DNA of 64,000 nt from Octopus sinensis (lineage: Eukaryota). Numbering within the stretch: position 1 is the stretch's first letter; each line of letters begins with the position of its first letter. Position numbers and translations under genes: made by a program. The DNA is taken from positions 23,371 to 87,370 of the forward strand of contig NW_021833710.1 of NCBI RefSeq assembly GCF_006345805.1, read 5' to 3'. Under the pieces are notes generated by a model. The model made no database searches. It was not told where the DNA came from and saw only the letters and a list, made by a program, of their open reading frames with translations. Below, in pieces: positions 14,202 through 26,160 of the stretch.

Positions 14202-14760
14202 GTGAAGGCGCGTAGCTTAGTGGTTAGGGCGGCGAGCTGGCAGAAACGTTAGCACGCCGGGCGAAATGCTTAGCGGTATTTCGTCTGCGTTACGTTCTGA
14301 GTTCAAATTCCGCCGAGGACGACTTTGCCTTTCATCCTTTCGGGGTCGATAAATTAAGTACCAGTTACGCACTGGGGTCGATGTAATCGACTTAATACCT
14401 ATGTCTGTCCTTGTTTGTCCCCTCTGTGTTTAGCCCCTTGTGGGTAATAAAGAAATAGGTTAGGGACTTTCGGCTCATGATCGTAAGGCCGTGAGTTCAA
14501 TTCCCGGTGACGCGTTGTGTCCGTGCGCAAGAGACTTTATTTCACATTGCTCCAGTTCACTCAACTGGCAAACATGAGTAGTATGTGTATTTCAAAGGGA
14601 TAGTCTTGTCACACACTGTGTCACGCTGAATCTCTCCGAGAATTACGTTAAGGGTACATGTGTTTGTGGAGTGCTCAGCCACTTACACGTTAATTTCATG
14701 AGCAAGCTCTTCTGTTGATCGTATCAAATGGGACCCTCGTAGTAGTAACAGACGGAGTAC
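14202..14760 (+). mobile_element. SINE family D interrupted by a nested family B SINE
   Basis: The D head GTGAAGGCGCGTAGCTTAGTGGTTAGGG is broken at 14229 and resumes at 14458. The D tail ends near 14760. Confidence 0.85.
14228..14457 (+). mobile_element. SINE family B (long-tail) nested in family D
   Basis: Full B copy flanked by the duplicated GGTTAGGG (14222-14229 and 14458-14465). Confidence 0.9.
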
Positions 14761-15054
14761 TCCTTTATGTTACCCTACACGTTAAATGGATAGCTTTAAA
14801 AGGAATCAAAAGAAAAACAAATAAATGTATCACTTAATTGCTTATCTTTAACAATTCGGTATGTTCCTTATCATTTGATGCGGTTAACCAGATCTGAATT
14901 ATATCAGAGTACGAAGAAGATAACTGCTCCGATTCCAAATCCCTTTTTCTTTTACGTTTAATTTACGATTTATATTCGCTGTAAAACCAGTACAGTGGAT
15001 ACAAAACGGAAACTGATATAGCGGAAGTCTGTAGTATGTCTTTCCATATATGTA

Positions 15055-15305
15055 TTGGGTTGGTGCATAATTATTGCGGCTTTTTTTCAACAAATTTTAT
15101 TCAACAAAAGCAATATTTGACAAACACATCTTTAAATGACGGTCTGACCGTCTGCCAAGCAAATGGGAAGCATTCATTGCAGTAGATGGTGAATATTCTC
15201 CGGTATAATCATTGAAAGATGTTCTTGTTGCATGTTGTTATTGTTTTTGATGAATAAAATTTGTTGAAAAAAAAAAAACCCCGCAATAATTATGCACCAA
15301 TGCAA
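15055..15305. mobile_element. Mariner-derived MITE
   Basis: TIRs TTGGGTTGGTGCATAATTATTGCGG / CCGCAATAATTATGCACCAATGCAA with TA on both sides. The interior encodes RLPSKWEAFIAVDGEYSPV*, like a mariner transposase C-terminus. Confidence 0.85.
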
Positions 15306-15339
15306 TATATATATATATATGTATGTACACATGTATATA

Positions 15340-16530
15340 TGCGGATTTGCCGGAAGTAATGTGAAAATGAGCATAACTCTTGCTTTAACCTACACAGATC
15401 TTTTGCTGGTTTTACTACATCAACAGAAGGCTTGAAATTGTTTACGCTGATGTCAGCATTGATAAGAGCAATGTTCATAGAAAGCTGACGAAGTGTTTGA
15501 AAACAAACGAAGCAGTGGGAGATAATCGACTACAACCACAGATACGAAACCCCTCCGAGTAGATTAATTAATTTATGTGGTCAGACGAGTCTCAGTCCGT
15601 GAGCGTGCTGCTAAACTGCAGTGAGGTCTCATTACATTAGAGAAGATGGTAGAAAATGTGGGCTATCGGGTGTATGCAAAGAGGGTACTCTTTACTCTTT
15701 TACTCTTTTACTTGTTTCAGTCATTTGACTGCGGCCATGCTGGAGCACCGCCTTTAGTCGAGCAACTCGACCCCGGGACTTATTCTTTTTGTAAGCTCAG
15801 TACTTATTCTATCGCTCTCTTTTTGCCGAACCGCAAAGTGACGGGGACGTAAACACACCAGCATCGGTTGTCAAGCAATGCTAGGGGTACAAACACAGAC
15901 GCACAAACACACACACATACATATATATATACACATATATACGACAGGATTCTTTCAGTTTCCGTCTACCAAATCCACTCAAGGCATTGGTCGGCCCGGG
16001 GCTATAGCAGAAAACACTTGCCCAAGATGCCACGCAGTGGGACTGAACCCGGAACCATGTGGTTGGTTAGCAAGCTACTTACCACACAGCCACTCCTGCG
16101 CCTCGGCTGTTGATGTCAAATTTGTTGAAGGTTAAGTAAATTTGCTGGAAGCGTTTGAAGACAATGAAGGCATATTTTTTCCAGAGATGATGACAAAGGG
16201 TGAAACTTTCCACATTCAATACAACTATGTTTTACCACAGAAAAATATTTGACAATGAATCAGGCAATCAGCAAGCTTGGCCGCTGCTCAGTTTTCTCCG
16301 ATCTACTATAAAACTTGTGTCTGGAACACTGATTTCATCAGTTTCTTCCAGTTATAACAGAGACGAATTGAAGATAACTGTGAATACATAGGTACAACGG
16401 AGCACATCAGAATTATTTTTAAAATACGTGAGTCGTGGTCAACGATGACGCAAATGCACTGCTGGAGATGGAGACCTTGTTCAATAGTGTCTTTGCGTAG
16501 AGGAACGAGTATACTATAAATGTGTGATTT
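15340..16530 (+). pseudogene. Decayed mariner transposase, split by a family A SINE
   Basis: Remnant peptides: VYADVSIDKSNVHR (HTH-like), LLEAFEDNEGIFFPEMMTKGETF (GDETW-like), FSPDL (YSPDL-like) and KCTAGDGDLVQ* (C-terminus). Many stops and frameshifts. Confidence 0.55.
15686..16102 (-). mobile_element. SINE family A, full length
   Basis: Complete head GGCGCAGGAGTGGCTGTGTGG through the (TAAAAGAG)n tail on the minus strand. Confidence 0.92.
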
Positions 16531-16534
16531 CAAC

Positions 16535-16899
16535 GATCCCATTGGTACTCATAGAATGTGAAGGTGCCTGTAGAAAATTTAGTAACAGTAATAGAGCTTA
16601 TCCTTATTTAATACAAGCCAAATTCACCACTCAAAAGAGTTGCAGCCTAAAGAGAGATAACTGAGAAAGTTAACGTAAGATCATATTCATGTAAATATAG
16701 CAAATAATCCAGAAGCCTTCCCCGGTATCGGATAGATCCCAAAATCTACTCAGTTCGTGTCAGTCACGAGGCCGAGTTTCATCCGAATCCATCCAGCGGT
16801 TCTTGAGATATGTTGTCCACTGACAAACAGGCAAACAAACGCGACTGAAAAACAATACTCTGCTTTCACTAAGGTGGAGGTAGAAGGCGGAGGTAATAA
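16535..16899 (-). mobile_element. Helentron-associated (HINE/DINE-1-like) non-autonomous element, truncated
   Basis: Reverse-complement homolog of 19273-19651. Starts TTATTACCTCCGCC on the minus strand. Confidence 0.7.
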
Positions 16900-16959
16900 C
16901 TCTGAAAGTCCAAATCTGACAAAACATCAAAATTACTGCCTCTTACGCATTTATATACT

Positions 16960-17361
16960 ACTAGCAGTATCGCCCGGCGTTGCTCGGATTTGTAAGGGAA
17001 ATAACTATATAAGCATTTTTAGAGAGTTATAGCCAAAAAATAGCAAAAGAAAAATGCATTAAAAATGGGAAAAAAATGATGGTAAATTTTTTTTTAAATC
17101 GTTGACTCAGCGTAGACATTTTTAGAGAGTTATTTCCCTTATATAATAGCGAAAAATGCATTAAAATGGAAAAAAATTATGGTAAATTTCTTTTTAAATC
17201 GTAGACTCATCGTAGACGCGTGCTAATAACCAGAAGGGCTCGATATGAATCACGACTATAAGATACCAGGTTTTGGTTAAACTGCACCGCAAAATGTGGG
17301 AGTAGTTAGGAATCTAAATCGGAGGAGACAGACACACAACCTTACTTTTATATATAAAGAT
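16960..17361 (+). mobile_element. Helitron-type non-autonomous element
   Basis: Starts ACTAGCAGTATCGCCCGGCGTTGCTCGG and ends CAGACACACAACCTTACTTTTATATATAAAGAT. It has an internal direct repeat of about 70 bp and no TSD. Confidence 0.6.
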
Positions 17362-17489
17362 AAATGTGTAATATCTGTTAATGAAGTTATGCATACATTT
17401 CTTTACTTTCAAGATAAGCCTTGTATATGACAACTAATATTTCTAATTATTTAGGTGTTCATATATATATATATGTCAAAGCCTCTGTA

Positions 17490-17762
17490 GGCATTCTTTC
17501 GATATAACTCGACAAAATCGAAATATTCACTTCGGGTATTTCCGTGGAAGCAAATGACAGTTCGATTCTGTTTTCTGTTTGGAAATTTGCGGATTTTACA
17601 TACACACATGAAAAAAGGTAAAAACAAATATGCAAGGCTTTTTTTCTTCACGTTTAAAACGAGACATTGCTGGCATAATTTCGTTAAATCTATACTCCAC
17701 AACCCACGGAAATACCCGAAGTGAAATGTTTTGATTTTGTCGAGTTATATCGAAGGAATGCC
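17490..17762. mobile_element. MITE with ~58-bp TIRs and 8-bp TSD
   Basis: GGCATTCTTTCGATATAACTCGACAAAATC... has an inverted copy at 17704-17762. Flanks are CCTCTGTA and CCTCTGTG. Confidence 0.85.
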
Positions 17763-18494
17763 CCTCTGTGTATTTGCTTCTTTATATACACTTCTCTATT
17801 GCTTTATGTGTCTACGTATACAAGTATATCTAGAACAGTTTATTTATGTGGAGGGAGATTAGATAATTACCATATGCAGTTAAACTCATGACAACAAATC
17901 TAAACATAATAATCAATTTTGAAATGAATAATTAGTTGTTAATTATTATTAATTGAAGAATTAAAATATTAAGAATTCAATTTATAACATTAACGGCAAA
18001 AACAGCAGCAACAGCAGCAAAAAAATAAAACAACAACAGCAGTAGCAGCAGCAACTATGATAGTAATAGTAGGCAATATTCTATAGAAGAAATATAACAA
18101 AAACAAAAATATCTAGTTTGAGCAATATAACCGATTTTAAGATTATGGTATAATGTTTTGTATAAATTGTTTTTCTAAATTGCTATTATATTGTCTTTTT
18201 ATCGTTGTGCATGAAGTAGGTGAGTTAGCTCATTTCTTGTAATTAATACGTCAAGAGTTAACGTTCCTCATGCTGACATCATGTGACCAGTTCAGACTTC
18301 TTATTTAATAAGATATACTTTTATTCTTTAAATATGAAGTTCCTTTTAACATATGAAGTTGTTAAATAGAATTGTATTGCCATTCTTATTTTTTTATTCT
18401 TTTACCGCCATAGATTTTATTTCAGCTTACACACACGCCGCGCGTGGACACATACACAAGCACACACACACACACACACAACATACACACGTGT

Positions 18495-19160
18495 ATTCTT
18501 TTCTACTTCAGGCACAAGGCCCGAAATTTTTGGTGAGTGGGGGGGGCTGTCGATTAGATCGACTTCAGTAGACTACTGGTACTTAATTTATCGACTCCGA
18601 AAGGATGAAAGGCAAAGTCGACTTCGGTGGAATTTGAACTCAGAAGGTAAAGACAGACGAAATACTGCTAAGCATTTTACCCTGCATGCTAACGTTTCTT
18701 ATTTCTTTATTGCCCACAAGGGGCTAAACACAGAGGGGACAAACAAGGACAGACAAACGGATTAAGTCGATTATATCGACCCCAGTGCGTAACTGGTACT
18801 TATTTAATCGACCCCGAAAGGATGAAAGGCAAAGTCGACCTCGGCGGGATTTGAACTCAGAACGTAGCGGCAGACGAAATACTGCGAAGCATTTCGCCCG
18901 GCGTGCTAAGGTTTCTGCCAGCTCGCTGCCTTAGACACACGTATATTCTTTTCTATTCCAGGCACAAAGCCCGAAATTTTGGGGGAGGGCGCCAGTCGAT
19001 TAGATCGACCCCAGTACGCAACTGGTACCTAATTTATCGACCCCGAAAGGATGAAAGGCAAAGTCGACCTCGGCGGAATTTGAACACACAACGTAACGGC
19101 AGACGAAATACGGCTACGCGTTTTGCCCGGCGTGCTAACGTTTCTGCCAGCTCGCCGCCT
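18495..19160 (-). mobile_element. Three tandem family B SINEs (short-tail, long-tail, short-tail)
   Basis: Three copies of the AAAGGATGAAAGGCAAAGTCGAC core, all in the same orientation. Confidence 0.9.
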
Positions 19161-19272
19161 TATTCACACTTGTATTCTTCCCAGTAAGTACCGACTGGTT
19201 ATATCAATGATGAATGATTTGTCAGCAAGAGGCAGTAATTTAGACGTTTTGTTGAGATTTGGAGTTTCAGAG

Positions 19273-19864
19273 TTATTACCTCCGCCTTCTACCTCCGCCT
19301 TAGCGAAGGCAAAGGCATTGTTTTTTCAGTCGCGTTTGTTAGCTTGTTTGTCCGTGGACAAGGTATCTCAAGAACCGCTGGATGGATTCGGATGAAACTT
19401 TCAGGTTTATTTGGCCTCGTAACTGACACGAACTGAGTAGATTTTGGGATCGATCCCGTACTGGAGATAGATTCTGGATTATTTGCTACATTTACATGAT
19501 TACGATCATACGTTAACTTTCTCAATTATCTCCCTTTAGGCTGTAACTCTTTTGAATGGTGAATTTAGCTTGTATTAGATAAGGATATGCTCTATTACTG
19601 TTACTAAATTTTCTGCAGCCACCTTCACATTCTATGACTACCAATGGGATCGATCAGGTACCGGACAAGGATTCTGGATATTTTTCTTGTTTCCTCTTTT
19701 ACTTAATTTCTTTGAGAGCGTCGGGTTCATTTTGAGTATTCTTGTTTGTGAGAACAGTCGAGTTTATTGCAGACATTCTCATTTTAAAGATCATCTCTGG
19801 CTTACTGTTGAGAGGACGATGGCGTTGCCTTGGCGGATGTTTGCCTTGTCTGAGTGCTCTTGTT
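19273..19864 (+). mobile_element. Complete Helentron-associated (HINE/DINE-1-like) element
   Basis: 5' end TTATTACCTCCGCC... and 3' end GCCTTGGCGGATGTTTGCCTTGTCTGAGTGCTCTTGTT, i.e. subterminal inverted repeats and T-rich boundaries. Confidence 0.7.
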
Positions 19865-20037
19865 TATGTTTCTATTTGATTTCCATCATCACATTATACT
19901 AAGTTACCAAAATTTGCCGAATAGTTATTATAGATAATCTTCGTTAAGCTTCGCTTTATTACCTCCGCCTTAGCGAAGGCGGGTGTTATTGGTTGATGGT
20001 ATGCACTAATCTCTCACTCAATAATAATGATAATAAT

Positions 20038-20085
<48 letters not shown>

Positions 20086-20086
<1 letters not shown>

Positions 20087-20447
20087 GAACTGCTCATATC
20101 CTACGCAGAACTGCTCATATCCTACGCAAAATTCAAAAGATAGTGCTCATGGGAACTGCTCATATCCTACGCAAAATACTCTCTATGTAATCCCAAGGTT
20201 TAAAACAAACTTTTTAAAAATTTTATTTTATTATTTTTTTGTTTATTTATTTATTTTTCTTTTTATTTGTTTATTTTTTATTTTTATGTATTAGACATTC
20301 ACTAGTACAACAAAAAAAAAAAAAACCCCAAATATATGGCACAGAACTTCTAACCTGTTGTCTCTTGAGGTCTCTGGGTGAGACTTGGAGCCAACTTGTA
20401 CAGACATAAAGCAAAAGTCAAACATAGAATAATAATAATAATAATAA
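20086..20447 (+). mobile_element. 3' end of an R4/Dong-like non-LTR retrotransposon
   Basis: Encodes IQKIVLMGTAHILRKILSM*, the typical C-terminus of this clade (compare 58130-58170). It is followed by a 3' UTR and (AAT)n, and preceded by (AAT)n. Confidence 0.75.
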
Positions 20448-20953
20448 ATGACCTGATGCAGTACCAGGCACTGACTCCCATGGTTTCTGATCTTAACTGA
20501 TTGGAAGTGTTATCACGTACACGTTTTTTGTCTTGGTATAAAAGATGGGCTACAGCAAATATTCTGCTCAATACCACGGATTTGCTTGTCAGTCGTTTGA
20601 CCTTAACCAGTTGAATATAGCTCATGGTGGCTACCGATACGTGCATTTCTGATCACGGGCAGAAGTAGTGGTGGAGCGTCATGTGTTGAAAGGAATACTC
20701 TGGAAACATGAGTGTTTTGTTCAACATCCTTAACCAACCCTTTTGGGCTACTCGACCAGATGAAAATACTAACTGGACGCCACCTGCAAGGTCATGCGCT
20801 GATTTATCTTGATATGAGATCACCATATCGCACACATATGGTTGTGATATATGTGCCTGATGTACCTTTATCAGACGGATAGTTACGATGGGTATATTGA
20901 ATCTCGTATAATTGTAACCCCGTGTCATTTTGACCGCATGCGCTGCTCTCTCA

Positions 20954-20956
<3 letters not shown>
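20447..20956. mobile_element. Non-autonomous interspersed repeat bounded by (AAT)n
   Basis: A 510-bp non-coding block between two (AAT)n tracts, with no tRNA head or TIRs. Repeat status and orientation are inferred. Confidence 0.5.
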
Positions 20957-21002
<46 letters not shown>

Positions 21003-22162
21003 TTATAATAATAATAATAATAATTATAATAATAATGGTTTCAGATTTTGGCACAAGGCCTTAAATTTCAGGGAGAGGTATAAGTTGATTACATTGATCC
21101 CCAAATCCATGTAACAGATTTAGTTTCTCGCCTCGAAAGGGTTGAGAGCAAAGTTCACTCCGGCGGGATTTGAATTCAGAACCTGGTGAGTCGTGGTCAG
21201 CTTTGCTGGCGTCACTTCAGGGTCGATAAATAAAGTTTCACTCAAATACTTAATTCAGTATGCTCGACTAACCTCCATTTCGGAAATAAGTGACCCTGTG
21301 CTTATGATTACAATTATATAACTGTGAATATTATTGCTGTTATAAATTTTTATCGTTTCATAACTTCTTAAACTTTTAGCTTTCATTTTTCCGTATTAAT
21401 TATAATATTCAGATTCAAGTTGCCAAAACTATGGGAATCGATATCATTTGCGTGGACATGAGCTTAAAAAAGGAAGTAAATGTATAGATGGACATACACA
21501 GAGTAGTACATTAATGCATGTAGAGGTGCAGGCATGTCTGTGTGGTAAGAATCTTGCATTCCAACTACATCGTTTCAGGTTCAGTCCCACTCCGTGGTGC
21601 CTTGAGCAAATGTCGTCTACTATAGCCTCAGGCTGACCAAAACTTTGTGAGAGGATTTGGTAGACAGAAACTGAAAGAAGCCCGTCGTATGTCATTTTGA
21701 TGCGACTCTACTCTTTACTATTTTCTCCCCTATCTTTTTCTCCCATTCACCGTTTTCTATCTGTCTCTCTTTTTCCATCTATCTCTTTTTCTCTCTCTCG
21801 TTACTCACACGTGATCATCGGCCATCTGTCTTTTCCTCGCGTGATCATCTTTCTTTTCTTCACGTGATCAACTTTCTTTTCCTTTAGGACTGTCCTAAGG
21901 GCTAGATGTATTCTATCTATCTCTCTCCCATTTTTTTCTCTTTTCAAAGGAAATATTTCTCCAGCGTTCATTAATTTATCCTCGTTCTGGTCTGACGACC
22001 CTCCAGTTTGCTTCCGTTCGGTTTCCTTGCATGTCTCCACTGTCCTGCTTGTGTACCTAAATTTCACCCTCCATAAATCCAAAATTTCATTTTGGTACTT
22101 ATGGGAGCAACTGTCTTCGAAAACTCATATTGTCGTGAATGATCGGAATGAGGAATGAGATA

Positions 22163-22333
22163 GGCGCAGGAGTGGCTGTGTGGTAAGTAGCTTGCTTACC
22201 AACCACACGGTTCCGGGTTCAGTCCCACTGGGTGGCACCTTGGGCAAGTGTCTTCTACTATAGCCGCGGGCCGACCAAAGCCTTGTGAGTGGATTTGGTA
22301 GACGGAAACTGAAAGAAGCCCGTCGTATATATA

Positions 22334-22388
<55 letters not shown>

Positions 22389-22622
22389 GTATATATGTGT
22401 GTGTGTGTTTTGTGTGTCTGGTTTCTTCCTCCCCCCCCACAACATCGCTTGACAACCGATGGTGGTGTGTTTATGTCCCCGTAACTTAGCGGTTCGGCAA
22501 AAATAGTGATAGAATAAATACTAGGCTTACAAAGAATAATTCCTGGGGTCAATTTTCTCGACTAAAGGCGGTGCTCTAGTATGGTCACAGTCACATGACT
22601 GAAACAAGTAAAAGAGCAAAAG
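22163..22622 (+). mobile_element. SINE family A, full length (further partial copies at 21525-21690 and 22640-22876)
   Basis: Complete head-to-tail match to the other family A copies. Confidence 0.9.
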
Positions 22623-23101
22623 AGAAAAAAGTATATATATATATACGTTTGTGCGAGTGTGTCTCTTTGTGTTTGTATTTGTCCCAACATGACCACTGGA
22701 TACCCGCTGTTGGTGTGTTTACATCCCCGCGACTTACCAGTTCGGCAAGAGTGGCCGATAGAATAGGCTTTAAAAGAAAAAATCCTGGTGTCGATTTATC
22801 CAACAAAAACCCTTGAAGGCTGTGCTCCAAAATGGCCACTGCCAGAAAGACTGAAACAAGTAAAAGAATAAAAGAATACACGCACACACTCACAGACATA
22901 CACACTCTCACACGCATGCACACTCTCACGTACACACACACTGGCTCTACATGAAATTATTAATAGCTGTAGACTGAGAGACTAATTGATAAGTGAATAA
23001 GTATATACTATCTCTCTCTCTTCTCTCTCTCGCCTCTCTCTCTCTATATATATATATACATATATATATGTATATATATATACACACACACATATACATA
23101 T

Positions 23102-23155
<54 letters not shown>

Positions 23156-23214
23156 TATATACATATATATACACACACATGCACACACACAACACACACA
23201 CACACACACACACC

Positions 23215-23250
<36 letters not shown>

Positions 23251-23698
23251 CACATACATACACTCAGAGATATGTATAAATGTGCTTACCTATACATACA
23301 CACATGTAAATATTTCCCCGTCGGTTCAATGAAAAGGATTTAGTTTTTCAAACAAGCGAGTTATCTGCTCTTGAATTAACGTGTGACTGAGGTTTCCACA
23401 GACACGTGGAAGCAGAATCATTTCGACACAATCTATTACAATGATTCAGCACTAGATACAATCGAGCCGGCAGGCTTCCTGACAATTTCCGTCGAACGAA
23501 CTTTTCTCACAAACGTTACCGCGGCCGAGACTATTAATAAAATGATGACACCCCAAGATACCAAGCATTAAGATCGAATCTAGGACCTCCTTCTTGTGAA
23601 GGGAACATAAGCCATTCGGGCACAAAGCGTAACATATACACACGTGTGTGTGTGTGGCTGTAATACATATGTATGTGTCTGTATATTAAGTACGTATT

Positions 23699-23732
<34 letters not shown>

Positions 23733-23890
23733 ATGGTAATATATATAATATTATATATATATATATATAATATATGTGTGTTGTGTGTATATATATACAC
23801 ATACACACACACACCTATATATTATGCATACCTATGCTTGTGTGTGTGTGGACATACATATAAATAATATATACATACATATATATATAC

Positions 23891-23924
<34 letters not shown>

Positions 23925-24675
23925 TACCCAGGGCTGCTAGTCACTAGCCACTAGTCACTGTGATTATTCTATGCAGACATATATGTGTGTATATATATAT
24001 ATGCCTAGTTACTTCTACTTATGAATGCATATATATATGTCCGTGTGTATATGTATGTATATATGTTCATATGTACACATATATGGAAATATCTGTGAGA
24101 AAGAAAGAGAGCGAGAGAGCGAAAGGGGGGTGGAGAGCGACAAAAAAAATGAGAGAGTGAGATAGTTATATATTGGTTGACAGAAGTATTAATAGACTTA
24201 TTGGTACAAATTAATGACATAGGTGCATAGATAAACTTTGGACTTAAGAGTAAACAATAAATTGATTGACAGCCGTGCCCCGAGAAACGTAAATGAATAG
24301 ACAGATATATATATATATATATATATATATGACAGTAATAACGGTAGATGAATAGACACATACGTATAAATAATTCGATAGACATATAAGTAAAAATACA
24401 CAAATAGAGTTTATGTTACAGGAAATAGTCTTTTGATTGAATTCATGTCAAGCGGAAATGTATAGATAAATATTAATGTGATTCTCTGTATCGATGTGTT
24501 TCCATAAACGTACATGTGTGTATTCTGCGGTTTTCCTTTCCTCCTTGATACATATATATATATATAATATATATATATATGTCTGTGTATATGTACATTT
24601 AATTTGTTAATTTATGCATTCATAATTACATACATACATACATACACACACATACACATATGTATACATATATAT

Positions 24676-24826
24676 TTTTTCTCCTTGTTTCGTTCTGTGT
24701 TCCTTTCTGTGGAAGAGCGTTGGCTCGAAACGTTAATGACTTTTTAACTTCCCGAGCGTTATACTAATACATTTGTTTGTTGTCTACGCTAGCTGTCTTC
24801 ATCTTTTTCTTTTGTGAATTCTCCCC
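24676..24826 (+). mobile_element. Short PLE-derived repeat with hammerhead-like core
   Basis: CTGTGGAA-GAGC-GTTG-GCTC-GAAACGT. Homologous to 59945-60076 (minus). Embedded in (TA)n. Confidence 0.55.
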
Positions 24827-24855
24827 ATATATATGACTATGCGTATATATGCATG

Positions 24856-24911
<56 letters not shown>

Positions 24912-24914
24912 ATG

Positions 24915-24963
<49 letters not shown>

Positions 24964-25669
24964 CAATCGGTATATGTGTATGTATATTTGTATATCTGAA
25001 CCTACAGGCATTTGTTTATAGCAACAGGAAATGGCAACCGCTAACATGTATCCGTATGCACACTAATATAAAAAGACATTCAAGGACACACAAATTCACG
25101 ATCAATTATTTATGTTTAGTGGTGTATTGTTATACGTTTATCATTTGCAATTATTGTCCATTATTAATTATTAATTGATATATTTTTTATCCAACGATTG
25201 ACCATTAATAATTATCTTATGTTATAAGTATAACATCTTAAATATAATAATCTGTCATGTGATCAGCGATTGCACGCGTAATTCTGAGCAACATGTTTCT
25301 AATAAAGTTACTATAGTGTATTTCTGTTTTGAGTACTTTAATCTTGTTTGTAAACTTAAAGAATTTATGCCCATACACACATATATACACACATATATAC
25401 ACACATAAAACAAAACCGAAACATAGAACTGCACTTGCACTGATTCCAAATAGTTGCATTTATACACATGTATACGTACAAGCACCCTATCCAAGTTGTT
25501 GAAATTTCAATGAACTTTCCAATACATTGGATCTAAGTTAGAAACGGACTCTTTCTCTATTGGCAAAACTCTAGAAAGAAAGCTTAATAATAATACACAT
25601 ACCTGCACTTGCACATATAAAGAAACACATAAATATATAGGGATAGTATATACACAAACGCACACACTC

Positions 25670-25712
<43 letters not shown>

Positions 25713-25814
25713 AATAATGAGGAGATAAATTAATTTTAATTTTAATATCAATTTAAAAACCATATATAATATATATATATCTATTATTATATTCTTTTAT
25801 TATTTTTATTCGTT

Positions 25815-26160
25815 TTGGTCATTTCACTCACTGCGATCCCAGGATTTATTCTATCGGTCTCTGTTGCCGAACCGCTATGTTAAGCGGACGTGAACACACC
25901 AACATCGGTTGTCACGTGATGGTGGGTGATAAACACAGACACACGAAGACACACACACACACACACACACGCACACACACATATATATATATATATATAT
26001 ACGGCGGGCTTCTTTCAGTTTCCGTCTACCAAGTCCACTCACAAAGCTTTAGTCAGCCCGAGGATATAGTAGAAGACACTTGCCGAAGGTGCCACGCAGC
26101 GGGACTGAACGCGGAACCATGTGGTTGGTAAGCAAGCTACTTTCCACACAGCCACTCCTC
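25815..26160 (-). mobile_element. SINE family A, 3'-degenerate
   Basis: Reverse complement of the family A head and body. Confidence 0.85.
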
